Assembly: GCA_044226875.1 (NCBI GenBank)
Contig: JBGAGD010000003.1
Coordinates: 294,601 to 358,600 of the forward strand
Direction of reading: 5' to 3'
Source of the DNA: Bacteroidia bacterium
GTDB taxonomy: Bacteria > Bacteroidota > Bacteroidia > B-17B0 > Aurantibacillaceae
Length of the DNA stretch: 64,000 bases
The notes beneath the pieces are model-generated. The model had not been told where the DNA came from and searched no databases. It saw only the letters and a program-made list of their open reading frames with translations. The translations under genes were made by a program, and so were the position numbers. Shown here piece after piece: positions 1 to 7,816 of the stretch (position 1 is its first letter; each line of letters starts with the position of its first letter).

Positions 1-40
1 TTTAAATGAACTATTGTTGAAATGTAATATCACAATTTAA

Positions 41-1144
41 ATGAGCAAGGATATACACAAGGAAAGCTTTGATGAGAGTACATTTGATAAGCTTAAAATA
101 TTTCAGGACTATACTAAAGAATGGCTTCCTGTATTTATTATGAAACAAAATTTGTTTTGGAAGCGAATTAATATTATTGATTTCTTTGCAGGACCCGGAA
201 CAGATGCTACTGGCAATCCGGGGTCACCGCAATTAATTTTAAATGAACTATCTGTTTATAATGACGTAATAAAAGAAAAAGGCTTAATTGTAAATCTCTA
301 TTTAAACGAGTTTAAAAAATCAAAATTCAATGAACTAAAGTCTTTCGTTGAAAATACCGCATCAAATTTTCCAAATATTAATATTGAAATTTCAAATTTA
401 GATTTTAAAGAGGCATTTAATAACTGGGAAAAGCATCTTAATACAAAAGATGCGGCTAATTTGGTTTTCTTTGATCAGAACGGTATAAAACACATGAGTG
501 AAGAGGTGTTTAAAAAGATTATAAATTTTAAACGAACTGATTTTTTGTTTTTTGTTTCGTCATCTCACGCTAGAAGATTTTGTGAACACGAAAGCATTAA
601 TCAGTATCTTAAATTAAATAAAGCTGAAATTGATAACACACCGTTTTATCATATTCATCGCTTAATTCAGGAATATTACAAAGGATTAATTCCTTTGAAT
701 CATGAATTCCATTTGGGCAGATTTTCCTTAAAAAAGAATTCAGGAAATATTAATGGTTTAATTTTTGGATCAGGACATGTTTTAGGAATGGAAAAATTTC
801 TAAAAACTGCATGGAAATTGGATCCTGAAAGAGGAGAAGCAAATTATGACATCGATAAAGATGGAATTATGCCGGGGCAAATTGATTTATTTTCAGGTGA
901 TGTTGCGAAGCCAAAAAAAATAGAGACTTTTGAGAATGAATTAAAAGAAAACATCACTCAAAAAAAGCTAAAAAATGACCGGGAAATCTATCTTTTTTCA
1001 CTTCAAAATGGAATTCTGCCTTCAGATGCAAGTAGAGTATTAAAAGAAATGCAAAAAGATAAATTAATTAAACCATTCAAAGCAAATTTGACAAGTAATG
1101 TTTGCAAAAAGGATGCACTAATAACTAAAATAGAATTTCACTAA
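41..1144 (+). CDS. tcmP: Three-Cys-motif partner protein TcmP-like (SAM-MTase-like motif I)
   Basis: 367-aa ORF. IIDFFAGPGT resembles methyltransferase motif I, as in the TcmP family. Its stop overlaps the start of the DUF5131 gene (TAATG at 1142-1146), which is the canonical TcmP neighbour. Confidence 0.6.
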   Translation: MSKDIHKESFDESTFDKLKIFQDYTKEWLPVFIMKQNLFWKRINIIDFFAGPGTDATGNPGSPQLILNELSVYNDVIKEKGLIVNLYLNEFKKSKFNELKSFVENTASNFPNINIEISNLDFKEAFNNWEKHLNTKDAANLVFFDQNGIKHMSEEVFKKIINFKRTDFLFFVSSSHARRFCEHESINQYLKLNKAEIDNTPFYHIHRLIQEYYKGLIPLNHEFHLGRFSLKKNSGNINGLIFGSGHVLGMEKFLKTAWKLDPERGEANYDIDKDGIMPGQIDLFSGDVAKPKKIETFENELKENITQKKLKNDREIYLFSLQNGILPSDASRVLKEMQKDKLIKPFKANLTSNVCKKDALITKIEFH

Positions 1145-1899
1145 TGGCTCAATCAAGTATAGAATGGACTGAAGAAACGTGGAATCCTACGACTGGCTGT
1201 TCGAAAATCACAGCTGGATGTAAGTTTTGTTATGCAGAAGTTATGTCTAATCGCCTTTTTCATATGGGGATTGATAAATACAAAGACAACTTCAAATTAA
1301 GAATTCATCCTGACACACTCGATACTCCTAATCATTGGAAAAAACCTAAGGTTGTTTTCGTTAATTCAATGAGTGACTTATTCCATAAGGATGTTCCTCT
1401 TACCTATATAAAAAAGGTTTTTAAGGTAATGAATGAAAACCCTCAGCATACTTTTCAAGTTTTAACAAAAAGATCAGAATTACTTCTTGAATATGATGCT
1501 CAACTGAATTGGACTCCAAACATTTGGATGGGTGTATCTGTTGAGAATGAAAAGGTTAAATATCGGATAGAAGATTTGCGAAGAACAAGTGCTAAAACTA
1601 AATTCCTATCTCTGGAACCTCTAATAGGAGAACTTGGTAGATTAAATTTGAGAGGAATTAAGTGGGCAATTGTGGGTGGGGAATCAGGTTCAGGAGCCCG
1701 TCCATTATCCGAATCATGGATTCTTGATATAAAGAAACAATGTGACAACCAAGATGTCGCTTTCTTCTTCAAGCAATGGGGCAAAAAGCAATTTAATCCA
1801 AATCCAAATGATCCAACTATTTCAGCTAAGCATCCTCAACACGCCAAAGGTGGCTGCCAACTAAAAGGCAAAGTATACCGCAACTTCCCTAAAAGATAA
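1144..1899 (+). CDS. DUF5131 / phage Gp37-Gp68 family protein
   Basis: The N-terminus SIEWTEETWNPTTGCSKITAGCKFCYA is the family signature, with a three-Cys cluster (CX6CX2C). Also has FVNSMSDLFH and GGESG motifs. Confidence 0.8.
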   Translation: MAQSSIEWTEETWNPTTGCSKITAGCKFCYAEVMSNRLFHMGIDKYKDNFKLRIHPDTLDTPNHWKKPKVVFVNSMSDLFHKDVPLTYIKKVFKVMNENPQHTFQVLTKRSELLLEYDAQLNWTPNIWMGVSVENEKVKYRIEDLRRTSAKTKFLSLEPLIGELGRLNLRGIKWAIVGGESGSGARPLSESWILDIKKQCDNQDVAFFFKQWGKKQFNPNPNDPTISAKHPQHAKGGCQLKGKVYRNFPKR

Positions 1900-1939
1900 A
1901 TACTTGTATTTCAATTTATTACGGTTGTTTATAATTAAA

Positions 1940-1983
1940 TTATGCAATTTATTTTGCATAATTGCAGAATATTTATACTTTTG
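1940..1983 (+). promoter_or_regulatory. Candidate operator plus Bacteroidota-type promoter of the XRE-ImmA gene
   Basis: Perfect inverted repeat TTATGCAA-N6-TTGCATAA (1940-1961), followed by TACTTTTG (1976-1983). The latter matches the TAnnTTTG -7 consensus and lies 30 nt upstream of the ATG at 2014. Confidence 0.4.
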
Positions 1984-2013
1984 ATATGCAGTTGAACAGA
2001 AAGTATAAGAAAG

Positions 2014-3048
2014 ATGAATTCTCCGAAATTGAATCCCAAAATGTTAACGGTTGCTCGTGAAAGCAGAGGTTTAAACCAAGCAGAACTTGCAGAAAAAGTG
2101 AACCTATCTGCATCAAACATAAGCAGGATGGAACAAGATTTTATTGAGATAACACCTTCAAATTTTAATTCAATTATTGGGGTGTTAAATTACCCAGAGG
2201 AGTTCTTTTATCAAGAAGGAGAAACATTGCCTTCTGCTCTTGCGTTGCGCAAACGCAATATTGTAGCGCAGAAAATTATGGTTCCAATCGAAGCGCAAGT
2301 AAACATCTATCGTTTAAACGTAGAAAAGCTTATTACAGCAATTAATTATCCTGAGATTAGTTTACCTGTGCTAGATATTGAAAAGTTAGGCTCGCCTGCG
2401 GAGGCTGCAAGAAAGTTGCGTAAACTTTGGAAAATTGAAAAGGGAGTGATTAATAATCTCACTCAGGTCTTAGAGGACAATGGTCTATTTATAATCAACT
2501 TTGATTTTAATACTGACCGTGTAGATGGAATGAGCATTTTAGCAAATGGAAAATTCCCGATTATATTTTCCAACAAACGAAGCTTAGGTGATCGTCAGCG
2601 ATTCACCTTGGCTTATGAATTGGGGCATTTAGTAATGCACCTACAAACCAATCCTTCTTTTACAAGAGACATCAGCCATGAAGCGAATGAGTTTGCTGCG
2701 GAGTTTCTGATGCCGGAAAAGGATATTAAAGAAGACTTTAATGATGGTGTTAATTTAAATGTATTAGCTGATTTAAAACGCAAATGGAAACTCTCTATGC
2801 AAGCTCTGCTTTATAGAGCAAATGATATTGGTGTAATTACCGACAATCAAAAAAGGTATTTGATTAATCTTTTTAACTCAATGAACATACGCAGAAGAGA
2901 ACCTGCGGAGTTGGATATACCAAGAGAAAATCCAATGAAATTGAGAGATATGATTACCAACTACAAAAACAAACAAAGATTAAATGTAAAACAACTCGCT
3001 TTGTTTTTTAATTCAAACGAGGAGGAGTTTTTGAGTAAATATTCGTAG
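2014..3048 (+). CDS. XRE-family HTH fused to ImmA/IrrE-type metallopeptidase-like domain
   Basis: N-terminal HTH_3 (LTVARESRGLNQAELAEKVNLSASNISRME). Central RQRFTLAYELGHLVMH plus EANEFAAEFLMP, typical of ImmA/IrrE (PF06114) but with Tyr in place of the first His of HEXXH. Confidence 0.8.
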   Translation: MNSPKLNPKMLTVARESRGLNQAELAEKVNLSASNISRMEQDFIEITPSNFNSIIGVLNYPEEFFYQEGETLPSALALRKRNIVAQKIMVPIEAQVNIYRLNVEKLITAINYPEISLPVLDIEKLGSPAEAARKLRKLWKIEKGVINNLTQVLEDNGLFIINFDFNTDRVDGMSILANGKFPIIFSNKRSLGDRQRFTLAYELGHLVMHLQTNPSFTRDISHEANEFAAEFLMPEKDIKEDFNDGVNLNVLADLKRKWKLSMQALLYRANDIGVITDNQKRYLINLFNSMNIRRREPAELDIPRENPMKLRDMITNYKNKQRLNVKQLALFFNSNEEEFLSKYS

Positions 3049-3083
3049 GTAAAGAAAGTATTAATTTTTAGAGAGACAGAAAG

Positions 3084-3287
3084 ATGAGCATCACGACAGA
3101 CAAATTTGAACTGAAGGCTTCCACAAAGAAAGAGATGGCAGCAATTTACGGTGTTTCCGTAAGAACTTTTAACAGTTGGATAAAACCATTTGAAGAAAAG
3201 GTTGGAGAAAAGAGAGGTCGCTATTATACAGTGAACCAAGTTGTAATTATAATTGAGGTATTAGGTTTACCCGGAGTAATGCATTAA
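3084..3287 (+). CDS. DUF4248-like small DNA-binding protein
   Basis: 67 aa. The pattern EMAAIYGVS..T..SWIKPF..K.G...GRYYTVNQVVIIIEVLGLP matches the DUF4248 pattern. Paralogous to ORF 4312-4521. Confidence 0.55.
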   Translation: MSITTDKFELKASTKKEMAAIYGVSVRTFNSWIKPFEEKVGEKRGRYYTVNQVVIIIEVLGLPGVMH

Positions 3288-3324
3288 CAGTTTTACCTTT
3301 ATTTCTTGAAATTTATTTGTGATT

Positions 3325-3354
3325 GGTGACCTAAATGGTCACCTTTTGTTTTTT
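3325..3354 (+). terminator. Rho-independent terminator
   Basis: GGTGACC-taaat-GGTCACC hairpin followed by TTTTGTTTTTT. Confidence 0.6.
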
Positions 3355-3377
3355 ACATAATCCCTCCGAAGTCATAC

Positions 3378-3485
3378 CGGAATAAATCCCCAATAAACCC
3401 CATAAAACCCCCGAATAAATGCAAAAGCATCTTAAACATTCCGTAATCTCCCCGGAATAATCCCCGATAAATCCCCGAATATTCT
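3378..3485. repeat. Iteron-like array A: about 7 copies of GAATAAATCCCC-like motif at ~10-11 bp spacing
   Basis: Reads ccGGAATAAATCCCC AATAAACCCC ATAAAACCCCC GAATAAAT ... CCCCGGAATAATCCCC GATAAATCCCC GAATATT. Lies in a 466-bp non-coding gap. Confidence 0.6.
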
Positions 3486-3540
3486 CAGAAAAAATCTTCT
3501 TAAAATTTCTGAAAGCATCTCAATAAGGCTTTCAAAAAAT

Positions 3541-3665
3541 TGCACTTAGAAGCACTTAGCTACACATACCTGCGCATACATGCACTTAAGTGCGCATCGC
3601 ATTAAAATTTTGCTATCATCTTCAAAAAATCGCTATCGTCTTTAATTTTTTGCGCTTAGATGCGT
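3541..3665. repeat. Iteron-like array B: TGC(A/G)CTTAG repeats, 12-bp palindrome GCACTTAAGTGC, TGCGCA palindromes, GCTATC(A/G)TCTT x2
   Basis: TGCACTTAG at 3541, AGCACTTAG at 3551, TGCACTTAAGTGC at 3581-3593, TGCGCTTAG at 3651. TGCTATCATCTT and CGCTATCGTCTT at 3611-3642, separated by an A-tract. Confidence 0.55.
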
Positions 3666-3753
3666 ATTTGGGAAAGTGCCCAAAACTGCTGCCGTTCCTT
3701 TGTATCGTCAATAACAAACGACTCAAAAAAGTAATCAATAAAAACTAAATAAA

Positions 3754-4302
3754 ATGACAGCAGTTAGAAAAATTAAAACAGTAACACCACATTTAACAGT
3801 AATAAAAGGTGGCAAATCAAATCCAAAAAACAACACAGTTGAGAACACATGGATTTTTATTCACGCAGCATTATGGTGCAATAATGAGTTTACTAATAAA
3901 GAAGAAACTCAGTTTCAAAATCTAATCGCAGAGCATTATAACACTTTTAAAAATCCAACAAAAGTATTTGAAGAGATTATTGAGCGTGTGTGTTTAGCGA
4001 AACGTTATGTAAACAGAAAACGTGGTCGTTATTTATCAAAACCTATTGATTGGTTAAACCTCAATTATCACAAGGGTTTAGCAGGTACAGAAGGATGGTA
4101 TCAAGAAGTTTGTTTGCAACGCATTAGTGTACCTGAATACAATAAAGGGATTACACTTCTCGCAAAAGCAATTACAAAATATCTGCAAGAACCTACAATT
4201 AAAACGATTGTTGCGTATCGCAAAAAGCTGATTGCACAAAAGCAATTCGATCTCTTACAAATTTTCAATAACAGCATTATCAATTTTCAAATCAATAATT
4301 AA
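3754..4302 (+). CDS. Hypothetical protein (candidate replication/regulatory protein next to the iteron region)
   Basis: 182-aa ORF immediately downstream of the repeat arrays. No motif recognised. Confidence 0.55.
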   Translation: MTAVRKIKTVTPHLTVIKGGKSNPKNNTVENTWIFIHAALWCNNEFTNKEETQFQNLIAEHYNTFKNPTKVFEEIIERVCLAKRYVNRKRGRYLSKPIDWLNLNYHKGLAGTEGWYQEVCLQRISVPEYNKGITLLAKAITKYLQEPTIKTIVAYRKKLIAQKQFDLLQIFNNSIINFQINN

Positions 4303-4311
4303 AAATAAACG

Positions 4312-4521
4312 ATGTCAAAAGTAGAAGTAAAATCAATCGAAATAAGACCATATATGCCGGGAGAATTGGCGAAGCTTTATAAAGTGAGTCACCCAACAAT
4401 CATAAGATGGATCAAAGGAATTGGAGACAAACTTGGTAAACGTGATGGTCAATACTATTCAGTGAAACAAGTAGAGATAATTTTTGAAGAATTAGGATTA
4501 CCAAAGACACTCTATTTCTAA
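4312..4521 (+). CDS. DUF4248-like small DNA-binding protein (paralog of 3084-3287)
   Basis: IEIRPYMPGELAKLYKVSHPTIIRWIKGIGDKLGKRDGQYYSVKQVEIIFEELGLP aligns with the 3084 ORF over the C-terminal 45 aa. Confidence 0.6.
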   Translation: MSKVEVKSIEIRPYMPGELAKLYKVSHPTIIRWIKGIGDKLGKRDGQYYSVKQVEIIFEELGLPKTLYF

Positions 4522-4618
4522 AAACAAATCGAAACGTCATAAAACCTCTCAAAACGATTTGATACATGCGCCAAAAAGAGGAAAGCGACTCAGACAACCG
4601 CTGCAACTTTGTACCGTG

Positions 4619-4846
4619 ATGGATGAATTACTAACTAAAAAAGAAAACGAAATGTCAGAAATTAAACACAATGCCGGAACACCGGATGGAACAGGAAACA
4701 TGCTACTTACAGCGAGCATCCTATTTGCAAACATTGACTACTCCAGTTTATTGGACTATGCGATTAAAGCAATTGTAGGTGGAGCAATTTGGATGGCATT
4801 TAAAGTAGGCGGAGAATATTTCAGCGACAAAATCAGAAAGAAGTAA
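4619..4846 (+). CDS. Small membrane protein (start chosen at internal ATG 4619; track ORF begins 4559)
   Basis: Has a C-terminal hydrophobic segment (LLDYAIKAIVGGAIWMAFKV). The stop abuts the next ATG at 4847. Confidence 0.45.
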   Translation: MDELLTKKENEMSEIKHNAGTPDGTGNMLLTASILFANIDYSSLLDYAIKAIVGGAIWMAFKVGGEYFSDKIRKK

Positions 4847-5347
4847 ATGGCAAGCATTAAAAAAATACTGTTAGGCTTAGGCATAGGAGGAGGCGTGGTA
4901 GCAGGTGGAATGTATCTGTGGAGATTGAATAAGACCTCGATTAACTTGGAGATAGTTCCAACGGTTAAGCTGCACAAGTTGGATTTGCAAGGAGTGGTGT
5001 TGAGAATAGATGTGCAGTTGAAAAATCCAACTCGCACGGGTTTAAAACTCAAGTTCCCTTTTATCAAATTACTGATTAAGGGAAGCAGCATCGGAAGTTC
5101 GCAAGCGGTCAATCAAGACATAGCGATACCTGCATTCGGTGAGGCAAAATTCGAAGCGATAATGATTCGCATTCCAATGTTCAGCCTCCTCTCTACTGCC
5201 AAAGGCTTATTACAAGCGGTACAACAAGGCGAAGCATTTAAAATTGGTGTTACTACCATGACAACAATTGATTTAGGTTGGAAGAAAATTCCTTTTGAAA
5301 AAACAGATGAAGTACAATTAATCGGAGCGCAAAATGGAGGCAACTAA
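4847..5347 (+). CDS. N-terminally anchored LEA_2/NDR1-like beta-sandwich protein
   Basis: A TM segment (ILLGLGIGGGVVAGGMYLW) is followed by LRIDVQLKNPTRTGLKLKFPFIKLLIKGSSIGSS. This resembles the LEA_2 (PF03168) pattern l.v.NPN..l......l..g..lg. Confidence 0.45.
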   Translation: MASIKKILLGLGIGGGVVAGGMYLWRLNKTSINLEIVPTVKLHKLDLQGVVLRIDVQLKNPTRTGLKLKFPFIKLLIKGSSIGSSQAVNQDIAIPAFGEAKFEAIMIRIPMFSLLSTAKGLLQAVQQGEAFKIGVTTMTTIDLGWKKIPFEKTDEVQLIGAQNGGN

Positions 5348-7094
5348 AAAAAGAAAAATAAGAAGCGGAGAAGAGTTCGACCATTTGTTTCCAAAGCCAT
5401 TGTTCCTTGATCCAACAATTAAAAAAGGTGCAACAGTAGATGACACGGTACGATTCATTCCCCAAGTAGTGAGAGAAACATTGTTTCAAACTGCAAAGTT
5501 AGCTCCACTTCTAAAAGGAAAAAACGTTTATGAAACCTGCAAGAACATTTGGGATTTTGTATACAACCACATCGCCTATAAGAAAGATGCAAATGGTAAA
5601 GAACAAATCAGAAGTCCGGCAAGAGGCTGGCACGATAGGTTTCATGGGATAGATTGCGATTGTTACACGGTGTTTATCAGCAGCATATTGAGCAACTTAA
5701 AAATAAAGCACAAACTGCGAATCACAAAATACAAACAAGATCACTTTCAGCACATCTATCCAATCGTGCCAACAACAGGAGGAAATTACATCACGGTCGA
5801 TTGTGTGGTAGACCGATTCAATTACGAAGAACCATACTCAGAAAAACAAGATACAACTATGGAATTAGAATATTTAAATGGCGTACCCAGCACAAACAAT
5901 GTAGATGTGCAAGACCTAATGGGTTGGGAAGAATTAGAAGGAGGCGACTTAGGTAAACTCTTTAAAAGAAAAGCTGCATCAGGCGGTGATGGTGGTGGTG
6001 CGAAAAAAGGAATTTTTAAAAAGCTAAGTCAACCACCGGGAAGCGATGGCGGAAAGAAAGGTGGTAAACTAAAAAACTTTATTCATAAAGCTCTTCATGT
6101 TACCAACCGAGTAAATCCTGCAACTGCTTTAATCCGATCAGGAGTATTAATCAGTATGAAACTTAATCTCTTCAAAGTAGCTCAACGATTAAAGTTCGCA
6201 TATCTAACAGATGAGCAAGCGAGACAGAAAGAAGTTGATATGAGCAAGTTCGACCGATTAAAAAAAGTAAAAGAAAAGTTAGAGAAGATTTTTTATGATG
6301 CCGGAGGTAAACCTGAAAATTTAAAGAAGGCAATCCTAACAGGCAAAGGAAATAAAAATCATGAAGTAAGCGGTTTAGGATATATCGTGGATGACATGAA
6401 TGGTCTTGATGAAACTTCTTCAATGAGCGATTTACTTGGTACTGAAGTTTTCTACGATGAAGGATTTAGCGGATTAGGAGAACTTGGTTCAGCAACTGCA
6501 ACTGCTGCTTCAATAACAGCAGCAACAGGAATCATCGGTGCAATTGCAGGGTTACTAAAAGGAATCGGAAACATCTTCCCTAAGAAAAAGAAAGAAGGAC
6601 AAGAATTTGAAAACACCGAATCGCAAGCAGGAGATGGAACAACAGCAGAAGAAGTATCGCAAGGTGCAGCAAATGTAAAAATTACTAACAGCGATACGGG
6701 AGAATCTACAACCACAACAAGCAGTTCAGGAGGCGGTGGAGAATCGGGATCAGAGTCAAGTGGTTCAGGAGGAGATGGCGGAGGAAGTGGCGATGGATCG
6801 AAAGCAATGATGCGAAGCGCAAGCACGACAGACAACGGTGGTGATTCAGGATCAGGTACAGGTGGAGATAAGCCTGCTGGATTTTGGGAGAAAAATAAAA
6901 AGTGGTTAAAGCCAACAGCGATTGGAGTAACAGGATTAGGCTTATTATTTCTCGGTTACAAAATGATGAATAAACCAAAGCCTCCTGCTCCAACACCTGT
7001 TGTATCCGGTCAACTCAAGGGATTAAAATCACGAAAGAAAAAGAAAGGAGGAAATAAAGGCACGAAGAAAAAGCAAGCAGTAGCATACATGTAA
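5334..7094 (+). CDS. Transglutaminase-like cysteine-protease-fold protein with G/S/K-rich low-complexity regions and a C-terminal TM anchor
   Basis: Candidate Cys-His-Asp triad with transglutaminase-core spacing: GIDCDCYTVF (C108/C110), FQHIYPIV (H140), ITVDCV (D156). Long GGDGGGAKKG and SSGGGGESGSESSGSGGDGGGSG tracts. TM segment AIGVTGLGLLFLGY followed by a Lys-rich tail. Confidence 0.5.
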   Translation: MEATKKRKIRSGEEFDHLFPKPLFLDPTIKKGATVDDTVRFIPQVVRETLFQTAKLAPLLKGKNVYETCKNIWDFVYNHIAYKKDANGKEQIRSPARGWHDRFHGIDCDCYTVFISSILSNLKIKHKLRITKYKQDHFQHIYPIVPTTGGNYITVDCVVDRFNYEEPYSEKQDTTMELEYLNGVPSTNNVDVQDLMGWEELEGGDLGKLFKRKAASGGDGGGAKKGIFKKLSQPPGSDGGKKGGKLKNFIHKALHVTNRVNPATALIRSGVLISMKLNLFKVAQRLKFAYLTDEQARQKEVDMSKFDRLKKVKEKLEKIFYDAGGKPENLKKAILTGKGNKNHEVSGLGYIVDDMNGLDETSSMSDLLGTEVFYDEGFSGLGELGSATATAASITAATGIIGAIAGLLKGIGNIFPKKKKEGQEFENTESQAGDGTTAEEVSQGAANVKITNSDTGESTTTTSSSGGGGESGSESSGSGGDGGGSGDGSKAMMRSASTTDNGGDSGSGTGGDKPAGFWEKNKKWLKPTAIGVTGLGLLFLGYKMMNKPKPPAPTPVVSGQLKGLKSRKKKKGGNKGTKKKQAVAYM

Positions 7095-7124
7095 AAAAAG
7101 AAAAACGATTAAAAAAAAAAGAAA

Positions 7125-7754
7125 ATGACAAAGAGAAAAAACAGTTATCAGAAAGCAGCACTCAAAAAATCACTTAGTGGTACTGGCGATGCAAGTACAG
7201 GAGCGAAAGTGAAAGACGCTGCAACTGAGTTGGGAAAAGACATCGTGATCGGAGTAATCGGAGGCGGAGTTGCAGGAGCTGTGTTAGGAAGATTGTCTTT
7301 CGTTGTTGGAGCAGCTGTTACAGGAGTTGGTCATTTTGCGAAAAACCGAATTGCATCAGCACTTGGTTTAGGAATGATGGCTTCAGGCACTTATCAAACT
7401 ATGTCCGGCATGAGTGGAAAACCCACTTCAGGATTGGATGGCGTGAAAGAGCGATTAATGGCTTTAAAGGACGACATGAAGAAGAGAATTTTTCTTGACA
7501 AAGTTTTGAAAGCAAAAGAAAAGAAAGAAGAGAAAACCGAAGAAGGAACAAACGGACTCGGACAAGTACAATACTTCGTTTACCCAAACACAGAGGACTC
7601 AATGGGCGCAGTTGAAATGAATGAGTTGGATAAAATCCAACAACAAATTCAAGCAAGCGCAATGAAGTACAACCAAGTTAATGGGATTGAAGTAGATCTC
7701 TTAAGCGGTGAAGAAGACATGGGCGAAGTAGAACCATCAGAAAAAATCTACTAA
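7125..7754 (+). CDS. Gly-zipper membrane protein, acidic C-terminus
   Basis: Two Gly/Ala-rich hydrophobic segments (IVIGVIGGGVAGAVLG, FVVGAAVTGVGHF). No known domain recognised. Confidence 0.6.
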   Translation: MTKRKNSYQKAALKKSLSGTGDASTGAKVKDAATELGKDIVIGVIGGGVAGAVLGRLSFVVGAAVTGVGHFAKNRIASALGLGMMASGTYQTMSGMSGKPTSGLDGVKERLMALKDDMKKRIFLDKVLKAKEKKEEKTEEGTNGLGQVQYFVYPNTEDSMGAVEMNELDKIQQQIQASAMKYNQVNGIEVDLLSGEEDMGEVEPSEKIY

Positions 7755-7816
7755 ACAAAAATCAAACATCCATCACACAAAATAAATCAAAAGTTAAATT
7801 TTAAAAAACAAAAATT

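Noticed and set aside
1144-1899. Calling the DUF5131 protein a radical SAM enzyme
   Set aside because: The Cys spacing is CX6CX2C rather than CX3CX2C, and no SAM-binding GGE-type context is evident by eye. I kept the call as family-level only.
3378-3485. Possible CRISPR-like array
   Set aside because: The repeat period is only ~10-11 bp with no unique spacers, and no cas genes are present. It is better explained as iterons or operators.
4756-5112. 118-aa minus-strand ORF in the phage module
   Set aside because: Overlaps two coupled plus-strand genes and breaks the otherwise strictly unidirectional, overlapping gene organisation.
5654-6835. Alternative-frame and antisense ORFs (5654-5956 plus strand, 6172-6423, 6452-6835 and 6706-6996 minus strand) inside the 586-aa gene
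   Set aside because: They are Arg-rich or Pro/Ser-rich translations of the low-complexity G/S/K-coding DNA. The long plus-strand frame is coupled to its neighbours and carries the catalytic-triad motif.
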